From a virus (Duplodnaviria; Caudoviricetes): a stretch of DNA of 64,000 nucleotides. Shown here in pieces: positions 26,130-35,839 of this stretch. Made by a program: the position numbers and the translations under genes. The first letter of the stretch is position 1. Every line of letters begins with the position of its first letter. Location of the stretch: positions 8,042 through 72,041 of IMG/VR virus record IMGVR_UViG_3300034082_002867. One strand, given 5' to 3'. The notes below the pieces were generated by a model. That model was given only the letters and a program-made list of their open reading frames with translations, was not told the DNA's origin and did no database searches.

Positions 26130-28011
26130 ATATGTTGTATTGAATAATATCTTCTGCGTTTCTGAAATAATTATTATTAATAGATAGATATGGCGCAAAC
26201 ACTATATCAAAATATTTATTATTAGCCCCTTTGCCTTCGAAAAATAACGGATCATCCATTTTATTAAAATAGTTTAAGACTTTTTTAACATCAGGGTGCG
26301 AGTTTATTAAATCAAAATACTCGTTTCTTGTGAAGAAATAAATATCATAATCAGGGTAGGTCTTTTTAATGGAAGTCACTAAAGATGTGGCAATAATAAT
26401 TTCTTCAACTCCATTGGGTTGAATAAATGCTATTTTTTTTGAATCTTTATTTTCTTTGAGAGAAGAAAGCATTTCATCTAAAAACGAATTTTGATTTTCT
26501 GACAAAGCTACTTTTCTGAAATAATTTAATACATCAGATCTTTTAAGATCAGCTTTTAATCTTTGCATCCAATGAACGACACCTGCTGGATCTTGTTTCG
26601 TTAAGATGTTGTCATATAAAGATTCTACCCATTCTTTATCTTGTAAATTGGGATCTGGATCGTAAAATGCATCGCATTTTAATTTTTTATTTTCAAAAAC
26701 ATAATCTACATGCGGAAAACTATCGAATAAATTTTCAAAAAACTTACCAACGACTTCTATGCTATAATTATCTATTACAAATTGTCTTGCTGATTTACCC
26801 AATAGTTTCTTGGTTTCTAATGGTAAATTATATACATGCTGTAATTGAGAAAAAATGCTAGTTGGCAATGTAGAAGCTTTAATGAATTGAGTTCCAGGCT
26901 CTCTGTATTCAGCCCATTCAAGAGGAAAGCCTCCACTAGCTTCTGTGGAACAATCTTCGCCGCAACTATAATTAGTGACAAGAGTTATTAGTTCGGTCAG
27001 TTTTGCTTCTTGAATCGGGATTTCTTGTCCGCCAGAAGTGAATGGATGACAATATACATCCATAAGATTATATATTTCATTCAATTGTTGTTCGTTTACT
27101 CCTGTTTTAACATTGGTGGTTTCGCAACTGTTTTGTGTGCGACAAAAATCACAATTTACAACGTGAGACGAGAATGATTTTACATTATAAGCGTTGCAAT
27201 TTTTACATATATAAGTAGTTAATATGTTTTTTGTATCAATTTCTTTTTCTTTTAAAAGCTTTAATATATCCCAACCTTCGTTCCAAGAGGTGTGTAAAAG
27301 AAGTTTTACTTTGGATTGTTTATTATTTTCTTGAAATAGTTTGAAACCATCGAGTAAATTTGGAACTGATTTACGCAATTGGTTTCTAAAAACGAAACCA
27401 ATAATGTATTCATCTGATAGCTTAAATCTATTTCTTAATTTTAATCTATCTTCATCAGTAAGACGATAAAAAGAAGAAGCGTCTAATGTTCCATGTACGG
27501 TTTTTACATGAGTGTGACCAAGTTTATGCATCGCTTTTTCAGCGAAAGATGCCCAAACAAAATAATTCTTTATCTTATCTGCGGCGTTAACCGCATCAGG
27601 AAGTATTGGAAGACTGTCTAATGTCGTATGAACGATGCAATGAATTTTATTCCACCATTCTTTTTCTATAAAGCCATTGAACGCCCAAACGTCTTCGATT
27701 CCTAAATAAATATCGGGTTTTAATTCTTTTACTGCATGATCAATCATTTCGGCTCCATAGCCAGCAGCATTTTTACGTCTTTCATCAATAGCTATTTCTT
27801 TATGAATCTCTGGATCGCTAGGTAACGTACCGTAAGATTCCCAAGGAACAAATTTTAATTGTTCAGATTCCCAAGTATATCCATTACTTAATTCTATTAT
27901 ATCGTATTTGCCGGTATTATATAAATATGATAATAGATTCTTTTTATGCTTACCGAAGCCGGTAAACATTTTGCAAAAATTGCTATGAATTAAAACCCGT
28001 TTTTTACGCAT
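26116..28011 (-). CDS. multidomain glycosyltransferase (GT4-like, Cys4 insert, DUF4214-like helix, GT9-like start)
   Basis: TGFGKH, FRNQLRKSVP, EIPIQEA; CKNC..CDFC; WVESLYDNILTKQDPAGVVHW. Confidence 0.8.
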   Translation of the reverse strand: MRKKRVLIHSNFCKMFTGFGKHKKNLLSYLYNTGKYDIIELSNGYTWESEQLKFVPWESYGTLPSDPEIHKEIAIDERRKNAAGYGAEMIDHAVKELKPDIYLGIEDVWAFNGFIEKEWWNKIHCIVHTTLDSLPILPDAVNAADKIKNYFVWASFAEKAMHKLGHTHVKTVHGTLDASSFYRLTDEDRLKLRNRFKLSDEYIIGFVFRNQLRKSVPNLLDGFKLFQENNKQSKVKLLLHTSWNEGWDILKLLKEKEIDTKNILTTYICKNCNAYNVKSFSSHVVNCDFCRTQNSCETTNVKTGVNEQQLNEIYNLMDVYCHPFTSGGQEIPIQEAKLTELITLVTNYSCGEDCSTEASGGFPLEWAEYREPGTQFIKASTLPTSIFSQLQHVYNLPLETKKLLGKSARQFVIDNYSIEVVGKFFENLFDSFPHVDYVFENKKLKCDAFYDPDPNLQDKEWVESLYDNILTKQDPAGVVHWMQRLKADLKRSDVLNYFRKVALSENQNSFLDEMLSSLKENKDSKKIAFIQPNGVEEIIIATSLVTSIKKTYPDYDIYFFTRNEYFDLINSHPDVKKVLNYFNKMDDPLFFEGKGANNKYFDIVFAPYLSINNNYFRNAEDIIQYNIYESN

Positions 28012-28610
28012 TAGAAATCCATTTCTTCTGAATCAGCAACAACTGGTTCTACCTTCTTAGTCTTTGGAGCGGATTCTTGAACTGGTTCGCGCTTTTGTAC
28101 TGGCGTTTGCGCTGGAGCTTGATCTGTCTTCGGAATCATCTTCCGAGAATCATCGAGAACAGAATAAAACTTATTAATAAAAGCGATTAACCTAACAGCT
28201 TCTCCCGGTTCTAGTGGAACCTTGAAAGTGTCAGCACCGTTTCTAATAAAAGAAATACCGAATGCAGTATACTTTACAGCGTAATCGCCAGTACCCTTAG
28301 TCTTTTCATAAGGAGCTAACTTAATTTGCGTCTTATTTGATTCACTTGAATGGAATGCGGAATAAGAAGTCTTTTGTTGAAATGCATTGATCATTTCTCC
28401 AAGTTCAAATTCGTTGAACTTAACAGCAATAGTCTTTGAAGGATTATTTCTGCTTTCTGCGAATGATGCAGTCTTGGTCTGATCGTTCCAAGAGTGTTGA
28501 GCAATACAGTTTACATAAAACTGAGGCTCATTGTTTGGCTTTTGTGAGATTTGAAAACTAATTGCACAACCTTGATTCTTTGGGTTGGGCTTGTAAATCT
28601 GAAGATTCAT
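28011..28610 (-). CDS. hypothetical protein, possible ssDNA-binding protein
   Basis: Beta-rich core, Pro/Gln linker, acidic tail ADSEEMDF. Confidence 0.4.
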   Translation of the reverse strand: MNLQIYKPNPKNQGCAISFQISQKPNNEPQFYVNCIAQHSWNDQTKTASFAESRNNPSKTIAVKFNEFELGEMINAFQQKTSYSAFHSSESNKTQIKLAPYEKTKGTGDYAVKYTAFGISFIRNGADTFKVPLEPGEAVRLIAFINKFYSVLDDSRKMIPKTDQAPAQTPVQKREPVQESAPKTKKVEPVVADSEEMDF

Positions 28611-28643
28611 ATATCGCAGGATATTATTAGTATCCTGCGATAT
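28611..28643. promoter_or_regulatory. perfect 13-bp inverted repeat abutting a start codon
   Basis: atatcgcaggata-ttattag-tatcctgcgatat. Confidence 0.7.
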
Positions 28644-28654
28644 TTCTAGCCAAA

Positions 28655-28882
28655 TTATTCGAAATAATAAAACAAACTTCTAGCAGTTCCGCTAACAACT
28701 GGACTAGAAATTTTAATTGGAACGGTAGGATTTAAAGACTGATTTGCGCCTACAGTTACAGTGCCAAAATCGCCGCTAAATGAAGCTAGTGCAGAAACGA
28801 TATAGACATCTTTATCGCTAGTTGGGGTGATAGTTGTTCCAGTATTGAAATAACAAAATTGTAAATCTTGATTATAAGACAT
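28655..28882 (-). CDS. small beta-rich protein, possibly structural
   Basis: ORF track; preceded by GTGTAA-N8-ATG. Confidence 0.55.
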   Translation of the reverse strand: MSYNQDLQFCYFNTGTTITPTSDKDVYIVSALASFSGDFGTVTVGANQSLNPTVPIKISSPVVSGTARSLFYYFE

Positions 28883-28896
28883 ATAATTTATTACAC

Positions 28897-30045
28897 TTAT
28901 TGACTAGCTTTTAGAAGAGCGTCTAATTTATCAGTAGGAGTTGCAATGCCTCCGATAGCGGTAAATATAGAAAGACCTTCTTTCACTCCTTTGTAAACGC
29001 CTTGGTGAACTGTGCTGTTGGTTTTAAGAGTTCTATTTAATTGATTGAAAGCGTTGTCTAAGTATTCTTGAGGAATACTATCTAATGTCTTTTCATCGCA
29101 AATAGCCACAGCAGCAGCGGTGCTACCAGTAGAAAGATCAAGCTCGCCGCAAAGAACATTTCTCTTAAGATTTTCGCGTACTGCTTTGCTGATCTCGGAT
29201 TCACTACTAACATTAGTAATGTTAGCTGCACCAAAAACCATAATACCAGAATCGAGAACAGTTCTGAAATCATTTGTGTCAAATGTGCTATACTGACTAT
29301 TTTTAGTAATTATGTTGTTAAACAAATGGAACAAAGAACAAATATTTGCATTTGCTACTTGCCAGAATTTATTTACAGATAATTTTGGATAAAGAGAATT
29401 GATTCTTTCGTTATCAAGAATGATAAGAGGAGAAACAATCTTTTGTTCTACTAGTTCGCAAGCTTCTTTTAATGTTTCATAAGCGTTTTGACTCACCTTC
29501 TTACCTTCAGAAAGTTTTGGCAGAGCTAGAATCAAGCCAACGTAAGGAGAGCCAGCTTTAATCGTGTTCTGATATTCTTTAACGGTTTTAACAAGCTCAG
29601 AACAAACACCAGCGCCAGTTCCACCGCCAGCACCAACTGTTACAAAGATACGATCTATATCAGTACCGATAGAAGACTTAATAAAATCAACGACATCTTC
29701 TTTACTGTTTAAAAAAGCCTGTTTAGCGAATTCTCTGTTTTTTCCTGCTCCTTGTTGTTCGCCAAATTTCATTTTATTTGGTACATTAATTGTCGCAAGA
29801 TCTTGATCGGCGGTATTAATAACACCAACGCGAGCGTAACCAATTTGAGAAAATGTTTCAGCCAATTTTCCGCCACCTTGACCAGCACCAATAAATCCAA
29901 ATTTAAAACCTACAGAATCTCTATCTTTAGGTTCTGGCTTTTCATTTTGCGGTGGTTCAGGAATGTCTGGCATCACAAAATCAAATGTGTCATTAGATGA
30001 TGGCGGATTTGGATTTATACCATAAATAGGGTTATGTTCATTCAT
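28897..30045 (-). CDS. tubulin/FtsZ-superfamily GTPase (PhuZ/TubZ/CetZ-like)
   Basis: IGAGQGGGKL, INTADQD, GAGK, GAGGGTGAG signature, LDNE, FDTND. Confidence 0.9.
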   Translation of the reverse strand: MNEHNPIYGINPNPPSSNDTFDFVMPDIPEPPQNEKPEPKDRDSVGFKFGFIGAGQGGGKLAETFSQIGYARVGVINTADQDLATINVPNKMKFGEQQGAGKNREFAKQAFLNSKEDVVDFIKSSIGTDIDRIFVTVGAGGGTGAGVCSELVKTVKEYQNTIKAGSPYVGLILALPKLSEGKKVSQNAYETLKEACELVEQKIVSPLIILDNERINSLYPKLSVNKFWQVANANICSLFHLFNNIITKNSQYSTFDTNDFRTVLDSGIMVFGAANITNVSSESEISKAVRENLKRNVLCGELDLSTGSTAAAVAICDEKTLDSIPQEYLDNAFNQLNRTLKTNSTVHQGVYKGVKEGLSIFTAIGGIATPTDKLDALLKASQ

Positions 30046-30048
30046 ATA

Positions 30049-30252
30049 TTATAGAATATTTAAACTGTCACCTTTACGAACGTCATCCCAACTGGTTTCG
30101 CCTTTAGATTTATGACGAATCTTATATTGAGAATAACAAACAGCAACGCGCTGCTTTTGATCTTTAAAGTCTTTATTCATCATATCGTCACCCATGCAAC
30201 GACTAACGAATTCTTGTTCTGTTTCTTTTTTAGATGGTTTCGGAAGCGGCAT
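30049..30252 (-). CDS. small conserved phage protein
   Basis: [26 protein letters not shown]. Confidence 0.65.
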   Translation of the reverse strand: MPLPKPSKKETEQEFVSRCMGDDMMNKDFKDQKQRVAVCYSQYKIRHKSKGETSWDDVRKGDSLNIL

Positions 30253-30255
30253 AGA

Positions 30256-32664
30256 TTATATTACACAAATATTACCATCTTTGATAGAAATTTCTAAATT
30301 CAATTTCTTGTCCGCATCTAGCATTTTTTCTGCAACTTGAGTTTGCAATTCACGTTGAATGGTTTTGATAACTTGTCTTGCGCCAAAATTATTAAATTGA
30401 ATCTTACTGAAGATATGATTTGTAACTTCTGAAGAATATTTAATAGTTACGTCTCTATTAGATAGATCGCTTTTAAATAGTTGAAGTTCTTTCTCTATGA
30501 TTGATTTGATATTCTCTTCACCAAGGGAATCAAAAATAACAATTTCATCGATTCGATTAAGTAAATCAGCGGGAAAATGTTTTTTAATTGATGATAGCAC
30601 ATCTGATTTGCTAGATTTTTGTTTGCCGAATCCAATAGCAGAATGATTGATGCTTTCGGCACCAATGTTTGTAGTCATGACAATCATGGAATTAGAAAAA
30701 TCAACCGTTTTTCCTGAAGAGTCGGTTATCTTGCCTTCTTCTAAAATTTGTAACAAACAATACAAAACATCTTCATCAGCTTTTTGTATTTCATCAAAAA
30801 GAATCAAAGAGTATGGATTCTTTCTAACTTTCTCTGTTAGAACTCCTCCTTTATCAAATCCAATATAACCGGGGTTAGAACCAACTAATTTATTTACAGC
30901 CGCTTTGTCTGTGTATTCAGACATATCGATTGTTATAAAATTATTTTTATTAATAAATAGACACTCAGCTATGATTTTTGCAGTCATGGTCTTTCCAACA
31001 CCTGTTGGACCTGCATAAAGCATAGAACATATCGGTTTGCTAGGGTTGCGAAAGCCAGCCTTGACCCTAATTAAAGATTTATAAATATGTTCTATTTGAG
31101 GTTCTTGACCGAAAACTTGTTCTTTCAGTTTGATCTTGAGAGATTTAACTTTTTCAAAGTCTTGTAATTTTAAATCATCAATTGGAATATTTGTTTTATC
31201 AGATATAACTTCTAAAATATCAGAGTTTGTTATTTGATATTTATTATTTCGCCAATTGTTTATCATCTTTTTTGTTGATTCTTCATATTCAACTAAAAGA
31301 GTTTCTAAAGAAGCTATTTTTTTGTTTTCGCTAACTCGTTCGTTTGAGCCGACAAATTTGCTGAGTTTTTTTTCTATCTTGATCATCTCGGCGGATTTTA
31401 CAAAATTTTTCAATTTAACTTTCGCTCCAACTTGATCAATAATATCTAAAGCTTTATCAGGGAATCTTCCTTCAATATATTTCTCAGCACTGTTAATAGT
31501 AAAGCGTAAAACTTCGTCAGTAAAATCAATAATATGAAAACTCTCGTATCCGCCTTTAATATTTTTAATTAAATTAAAAGTTTGTTCTTTTGTCGGCTCT
31601 TCAATTTTAATGATTTGAAAACGCCTAGATAAAGCTGGATCGTCTGAAATGGTTTTTTTATATTCATCAAATGTTGTTGCTCCAATACAGCTAATCTCTC
31701 CTCTAGCTAAATATGGTTTTAAAATATTAGCCATGTCGTTTCCATTCTCTGGATTACCAGCACCAATAATAGTGTGAATTTCATCTATAAAAAGAATAAT
31801 GTATGGATCATCAGTTATTTCTTTTAATAGGTTCTTAATCTTTTCTTCAAATTCGCCGCGAAATTTACAACCAGCAATCATCATGGGAATGTCTAGGCTA
31901 TAAATTTGTTTAAGACTAAGCAAATCCGAAGCTTCTCCTTTTACTATCGCTTGAGCCAAAGATTCAACAAGTGCGGTTTTACCTACACCGGCTTCGCCAA
32001 CAATTAAAGGATTGTTCTTATTTTTGCGGCAAAGGACTTCTGAAATTTTTTGTATTAGTTCTTTATTTAAATGTAAGTTATTAATTTTTCCATTAACTAC
32101 TTGTGTATTTAAATTGTTAGCATAAGTGTTTAAGATTTTATACTTCTTAATATCAAAGGTTTGCTTCGCTTTATTAGGAACATTTATTTCTTCTTCTTCA
32201 ACACTTGGAAGCATGTCGTCGTTTTCTAGCTTTTGTTCAACGTAATCTACTATTTTAACAAAGTCATAATTATAATCTATTAAGTATAGTTCAAACTTTT
32301 GATCAGGCACTTCAAATAAACTTATAAATACATGTTCTAAACCAATATACTTATGATCAAATTTAGAAGATATACTCTTGGCGCATTTAAAAATGGTCTT
32401 TATGCCTTCAGATAATAAAGGTCTAGTTACTGCTTTCTTTTGCGCTGTAGTGTTGGTTTTTAAAAATTTTATAGCACTGTTTTTTATTTTTAAAGAATCT
32501 ATTCCAAAATTACCAAACGCTTCTTCTATTTGGCTTTGACTAAGATTAAGAAAACTTATAAACAAATGAAGATGCGTGATCTCTGTGTGCTTGAAATCTA
32601 CGGCTATTTTATAAGCTTCTTTGATTAGTTTTTGCGCTCTAGGAGTAAGATTTAAATTTTTCAT
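30256..32664 (-). CDS. clpC: ClpC/ClpA-like AAA+ unfoldase
   Basis: Clp-N repeats; GEAGVGKT and FIDEIH; GPTGVGKT and FDEIQK; IGF loop. Confidence 0.9.
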   Translation of the reverse strand: MKNLNLTPRAQKLIKEAYKIAVDFKHTEITHLHLFISFLNLSQSQIEEAFGNFGIDSLKIKNSAIKFLKTNTTAQKKAVTRPLLSEGIKTIFKCAKSISSKFDHKYIGLEHVFISLFEVPDQKFELYLIDYNYDFVKIVDYVEQKLENDDMLPSVEEEEINVPNKAKQTFDIKKYKILNTYANNLNTQVVNGKINNLHLNKELIQKISEVLCRKNKNNPLIVGEAGVGKTALVESLAQAIVKGEASDLLSLKQIYSLDIPMMIAGCKFRGEFEEKIKNLLKEITDDPYIILFIDEIHTIIGAGNPENGNDMANILKPYLARGEISCIGATTFDEYKKTISDDPALSRRFQIIKIEEPTKEQTFNLIKNIKGGYESFHIIDFTDEVLRFTINSAEKYIEGRFPDKALDIIDQVGAKVKLKNFVKSAEMIKIEKKLSKFVGSNERVSENKKIASLETLLVEYEESTKKMINNWRNNKYQITNSDILEVISDKTNIPIDDLKLQDFEKVKSLKIKLKEQVFGQEPQIEHIYKSLIRVKAGFRNPSKPICSMLYAGPTGVGKTMTAKIIAECLFINKNNFITIDMSEYTDKAAVNKLVGSNPGYIGFDKGGVLTEKVRKNPYSLILFDEIQKADEDVLYCLLQILEEGKITDSSGKTVDFSNSMIVMTTNIGAESINHSAIGFGKQKSSKSDVLSSIKKHFPADLLNRIDEIVIFDSLGEENIKSIIEKELQLFKSDLSNRDVTIKYSSEVTNHIFSKIQFNNFGARQVIKTIQRELQTQVAEKMLDADKKLNLEISIKDGNICVI

Positions 32665-35213
32665 TCTATATCAGATAATTTCATGTAGATCTTTTCGTCT
32701 AAGATTCCTATGTTCTCTATCCATAACACATCATCTCCTTTTCTGCCAGTGAAAACTACAATACTTTCTTTCTCTGGTATCTTTAGACCGTCTTCAAGAT
32801 ATTCTGTTAATCTCTGATGTTTTCCACCATCTAAAAACATAGCACTTATGCTGCCCACTTCATCTTTTAATTGAAAACGATAAAACGTAGAGTTAGATTT
32901 TTTAGTCTTTCCTTTATATACGTCATCTATTACACCAATCATTTTAATTCTGTCTTCTTTAAAAGCAGAATGAAACTCTAACGTATCTGTGAAAGTGCAT
33001 TCAGATTGTTGGAAAATTGTCTTTAGTCTAATTGTTGGAGTGTATCCTAACAACCTGTTTTCAAAGACCCAGTTTGCAAATTTTTCATAATTCTTGTTTT
33101 GCTCGTAGATTTTCTTATACTCATCATACTTTTTCTTGAATGTGACCTTACGCTTTTCATTCATGAATGGTTTTCCGCTTTCATTAAGAGATTGAGCTTT
33201 GAACGCGCATTCACTAATAATATTTAAGATATCATAATCGTATTTTGGGCCGACACTACAAGCGAACTTCTTTTCTTTGTCTGTTAAGACATTAAAAGCT
33301 TGAGCTTCAAGGACCAAGCGTGATCGTCGATGAGTATATGAGCCAAGAGTTCCAGCTTGAATCAAAGATGAAAGTACGCCTATATTAATTCCTGCTTGTT
33401 TTGCAGAAATAAAGATATCGAATTTTGTGGGAGTAGTTGTTTCGCGAAAATTCTGAAGAGATTGAAGAGTCTTTTCTGAAACGCCTTTGATAGAATTCAA
33501 ACCAAATCTAATATTTCCATCTTCAATCTTGAAATCAAGAGATGACTTGGCTAGATCAGGAGGCAAAAGCTTAATGTCAAAGAATACTAACTCTTTAGAT
33601 ATTTTGTTAATTTCTTGATGTGAATCAGGTTCAAATTTAGACAATCGAAGAAGAGCTAAGAAAAATTCATGTGGATATTTGAATTTAAGATAAATCGTCC
33701 ATGCAGCTAAAATAGCGTATGAAATCGAGTGCGATTTATTAAAAGAATAATTTGCTGAGTCTTCAGCTACCTTCCATAACACATCTCCAATTGCTGGGTC
33801 TAAATTCTGCTCTGTAACTTTTTGACGGATCTTGCCTTGCCAAGCTGGCATTTGATCTACTTTCTTTTTACCAACAATTCGACGCAACTGTTCAGATTCA
33901 TCAAGAGTAAATCCAAGACGCACGGCCATCTTCATTAATTGCTCCTGATAGAGAGGAATGCCTCCAGTGTATGAAAGCTCGTCTTTAAAGAAATCATGCA
34001 CCAATTGGAATACTCCTGATGCGGAATATGTAGCGTACTGATCAGCGAAGTCCAAAGCACCGGGGCGAGCAATAGCCACCACTGCACTAAGTTGTTCTAG
34101 CGACTTGGGTTGAACTTTACGACATACTTTAAAATTAGTTTCAGCTTCAATTTGAAATAATCCTTGTGGAGTTCTAAGACCCTGCAAGTTTTCATAAATA
34201 AAAGGATCTTCTGGATCAATAGAAGCCATTTGTATATTTAACCTCTTGCAAACCTCACTAACCACAGTTAAAGTCCTCAACCCAAGAACGTCAAACTTCA
34301 CCATCAACTCAGCTACATAATTCATATCGTAGCCGCTAACTAAATCGCCATCCGAAGTCTTTTGTACTGGGCAGACTTCTTCAATCTTGTAATAAGAAAT
34401 AGCGATACCGGAAGGATGAACGCCAGTATTCTTGTTCAAGCCTTCAATCTTCTTTCCTATTTCGAAAACGAATTTATTCTGATCCACCCAAGCTTTGAAT
34501 TTATCGTTAGCTTTATAAGCCTCTTCTAATTCAAAAACTCGACCAAATAGTTTTGGAATATTATCGCTGACTTCGTTTACCTCTGTCTCGGAAAGACCGC
34601 CGACAATTTTTCCACATTCTTTGATGCAAAGTTTACTAGATAAAGTATTAAGAGTTAATATCTTTGATGTTTTACCTAGATGCTTTTGCTCGATATATTT
34701 AATTACTTCAATACGTCGATCATAACTAATGTCGTTATCAACGTCAGGAAGCAAAGAACCGTCAAGATAAGTTATGTCATCTTTAATAATCTTCTTTGCG
34801 CGAGAGCGACTAACGAAACGCTCAAAGAACAACTCGTATCTTATTGGATCGACTTTCGTAACACCCACGATAAACAAAACCAAAGAACCCGCAGCACTAC
34901 CACGGCCAGCACCAGTTGGAATATTATTTTCATGGCAGAAATTAAGAATATCCCAGTTGAGAAGTACATAGTCAACGAAGTCAAGCTCTTTGAAGATTTC
35001 TAACTCCATCTCCATTCGCTCAACATATTGATTATTATTTAATCCTAAATTATTTAAACTCTTGTAACACAAAGTCTTCAGAAATGTAAAATTATCTGAA
35101 GAAGTGGGTATGCTCAACAAGTCGTAATATTTACTTTCGATGGAGATCTGTGGCAATCGAACGCCGGGAAGCATGGCGTTATCATAAGGCTTTATGTCTT
35201 GTAAAAAATTCAT
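32661..35213 (-). CDS. dnaE: DNA polymerase III alpha core lacking the PHP domain
   Basis: GRGSAAGS, FERF, PDVDND, HPSG, KFDVLGL, YSFNKSH, FGLNSIKGV, C-terminal OB fold. Confidence 0.95.
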   Translation of the reverse strand: MNFLQDIKPYDNAMLPGVRLPQISIESKYYDLLSIPTSSDNFTFLKTLCYKSLNNLGLNNNQYVERMEMELEIFKELDFVDYVLLNWDILNFCHENNIPTGAGRGSAAGSLVLFIVGVTKVDPIRYELFFERFVSRSRAKKIIKDDITYLDGSLLPDVDNDISYDRRIEVIKYIEQKHLGKTSKILTLNTLSSKLCIKECGKIVGGLSETEVNEVSDNIPKLFGRVFELEEAYKANDKFKAWVDQNKFVFEIGKKIEGLNKNTGVHPSGIAISYYKIEEVCPVQKTSDGDLVSGYDMNYVAELMVKFDVLGLRTLTVVSEVCKRLNIQMASIDPEDPFIYENLQGLRTPQGLFQIEAETNFKVCRKVQPKSLEQLSAVVAIARPGALDFADQYATYSASGVFQLVHDFFKDELSYTGGIPLYQEQLMKMAVRLGFTLDESEQLRRIVGKKKVDQMPAWQGKIRQKVTEQNLDPAIGDVLWKVAEDSANYSFNKSHSISYAILAAWTIYLKFKYPHEFFLALLRLSKFEPDSHQEINKISKELVFFDIKLLPPDLAKSSLDFKIEDGNIRFGLNSIKGVSEKTLQSLQNFRETTTPTKFDIFISAKQAGINIGVLSSLIQAGTLGSYTHRRSRLVLEAQAFNVLTDKEKKFACSVGPKYDYDILNIISECAFKAQSLNESGKPFMNEKRKVTFKKKYDEYKKIYEQNKNYEKFANWVFENRLLGYTPTIRLKTIFQQSECTFTDTLEFHSAFKEDRIKMIGVIDDVYKGKTKKSNSTFYRFQLKDEVGSISAMFLDGGKHQRLTEYLEDGLKIPEKESIVVFTGRKGDDVLWIENIGILDEKIYMKLSDIE

Positions 35214-35839
35214 ATTTCAATTTGCCAAAGCTGCTTCTGAAAAATCTTAAAATTCATCTGAACGTCGTACATAGAATTATGTAGCATGTTCTCGTCAAAG
35301 TCAATCTTATATTCTTTCAATTGAGTTTTAATGCTGGTCTTCAAGCCTTTTTCTCGAAAATCATTTAATCTATACTGCCAGAAAGTAAAATCAGAATCTC
35401 TTTGGGGTTTTAGATTCTTTTTAATGGCTTTGGCGATACAGTTAGTATCAACAATCCTCTTAACGTAAGAGAAATCACTTTTATAACCGAGAAGTCTTCT
35501 GTATGTGTTGTGGATATAAACGTCAAAACCAAGAAGATTTTGTCCTATAATTAAGTATTGATCATCATAAATGATCTCCTCAAACGCAGCCAACACTTCT
35601 TTTGGATCGACTGCTAGTGAACGATATTTGCGCTCATCAAAATGAGTGACGAGTTTGGCTCCTTCAGAAAGCTTTAAATCAGGCCAATAGATATGATTAT
35701 CTACTTCTTTAATTATGTTGCTACCTTTAGCTATTAAATAGCTTAGTTGCCAAGGTTTATTGCTGTTGTCTAAAAGATTGAGATGGCAGGTCTCAAAATC
35801 AAAGCAAATGTATTTTTGTTCTTTATTAAATCGTAACAT
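35210..35839 (-). CDS. DEDDh 3-prime-5-prime exonuclease (epsilon-like)
   Basis: FDFET, GQNLLGFD, HNSMYDV. Confidence 0.88.
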   Translation of the reverse strand: MLRFNKEQKYICFDFETCHLNLLDNSNKPWQLSYLIAKGSNIIKEVDNHIYWPDLKLSEGAKLVTHFDERKYRSLAVDPKEVLAAFEEIIYDDQYLIIGQNLLGFDVYIHNTYRRLLGYKSDFSYVKRIVDTNCIAKAIKKNLKPQRDSDFTFWQYRLNDFREKGLKTSIKTQLKEYKIDFDENMLHNSMYDVQMNFKIFQKQLWQIEI

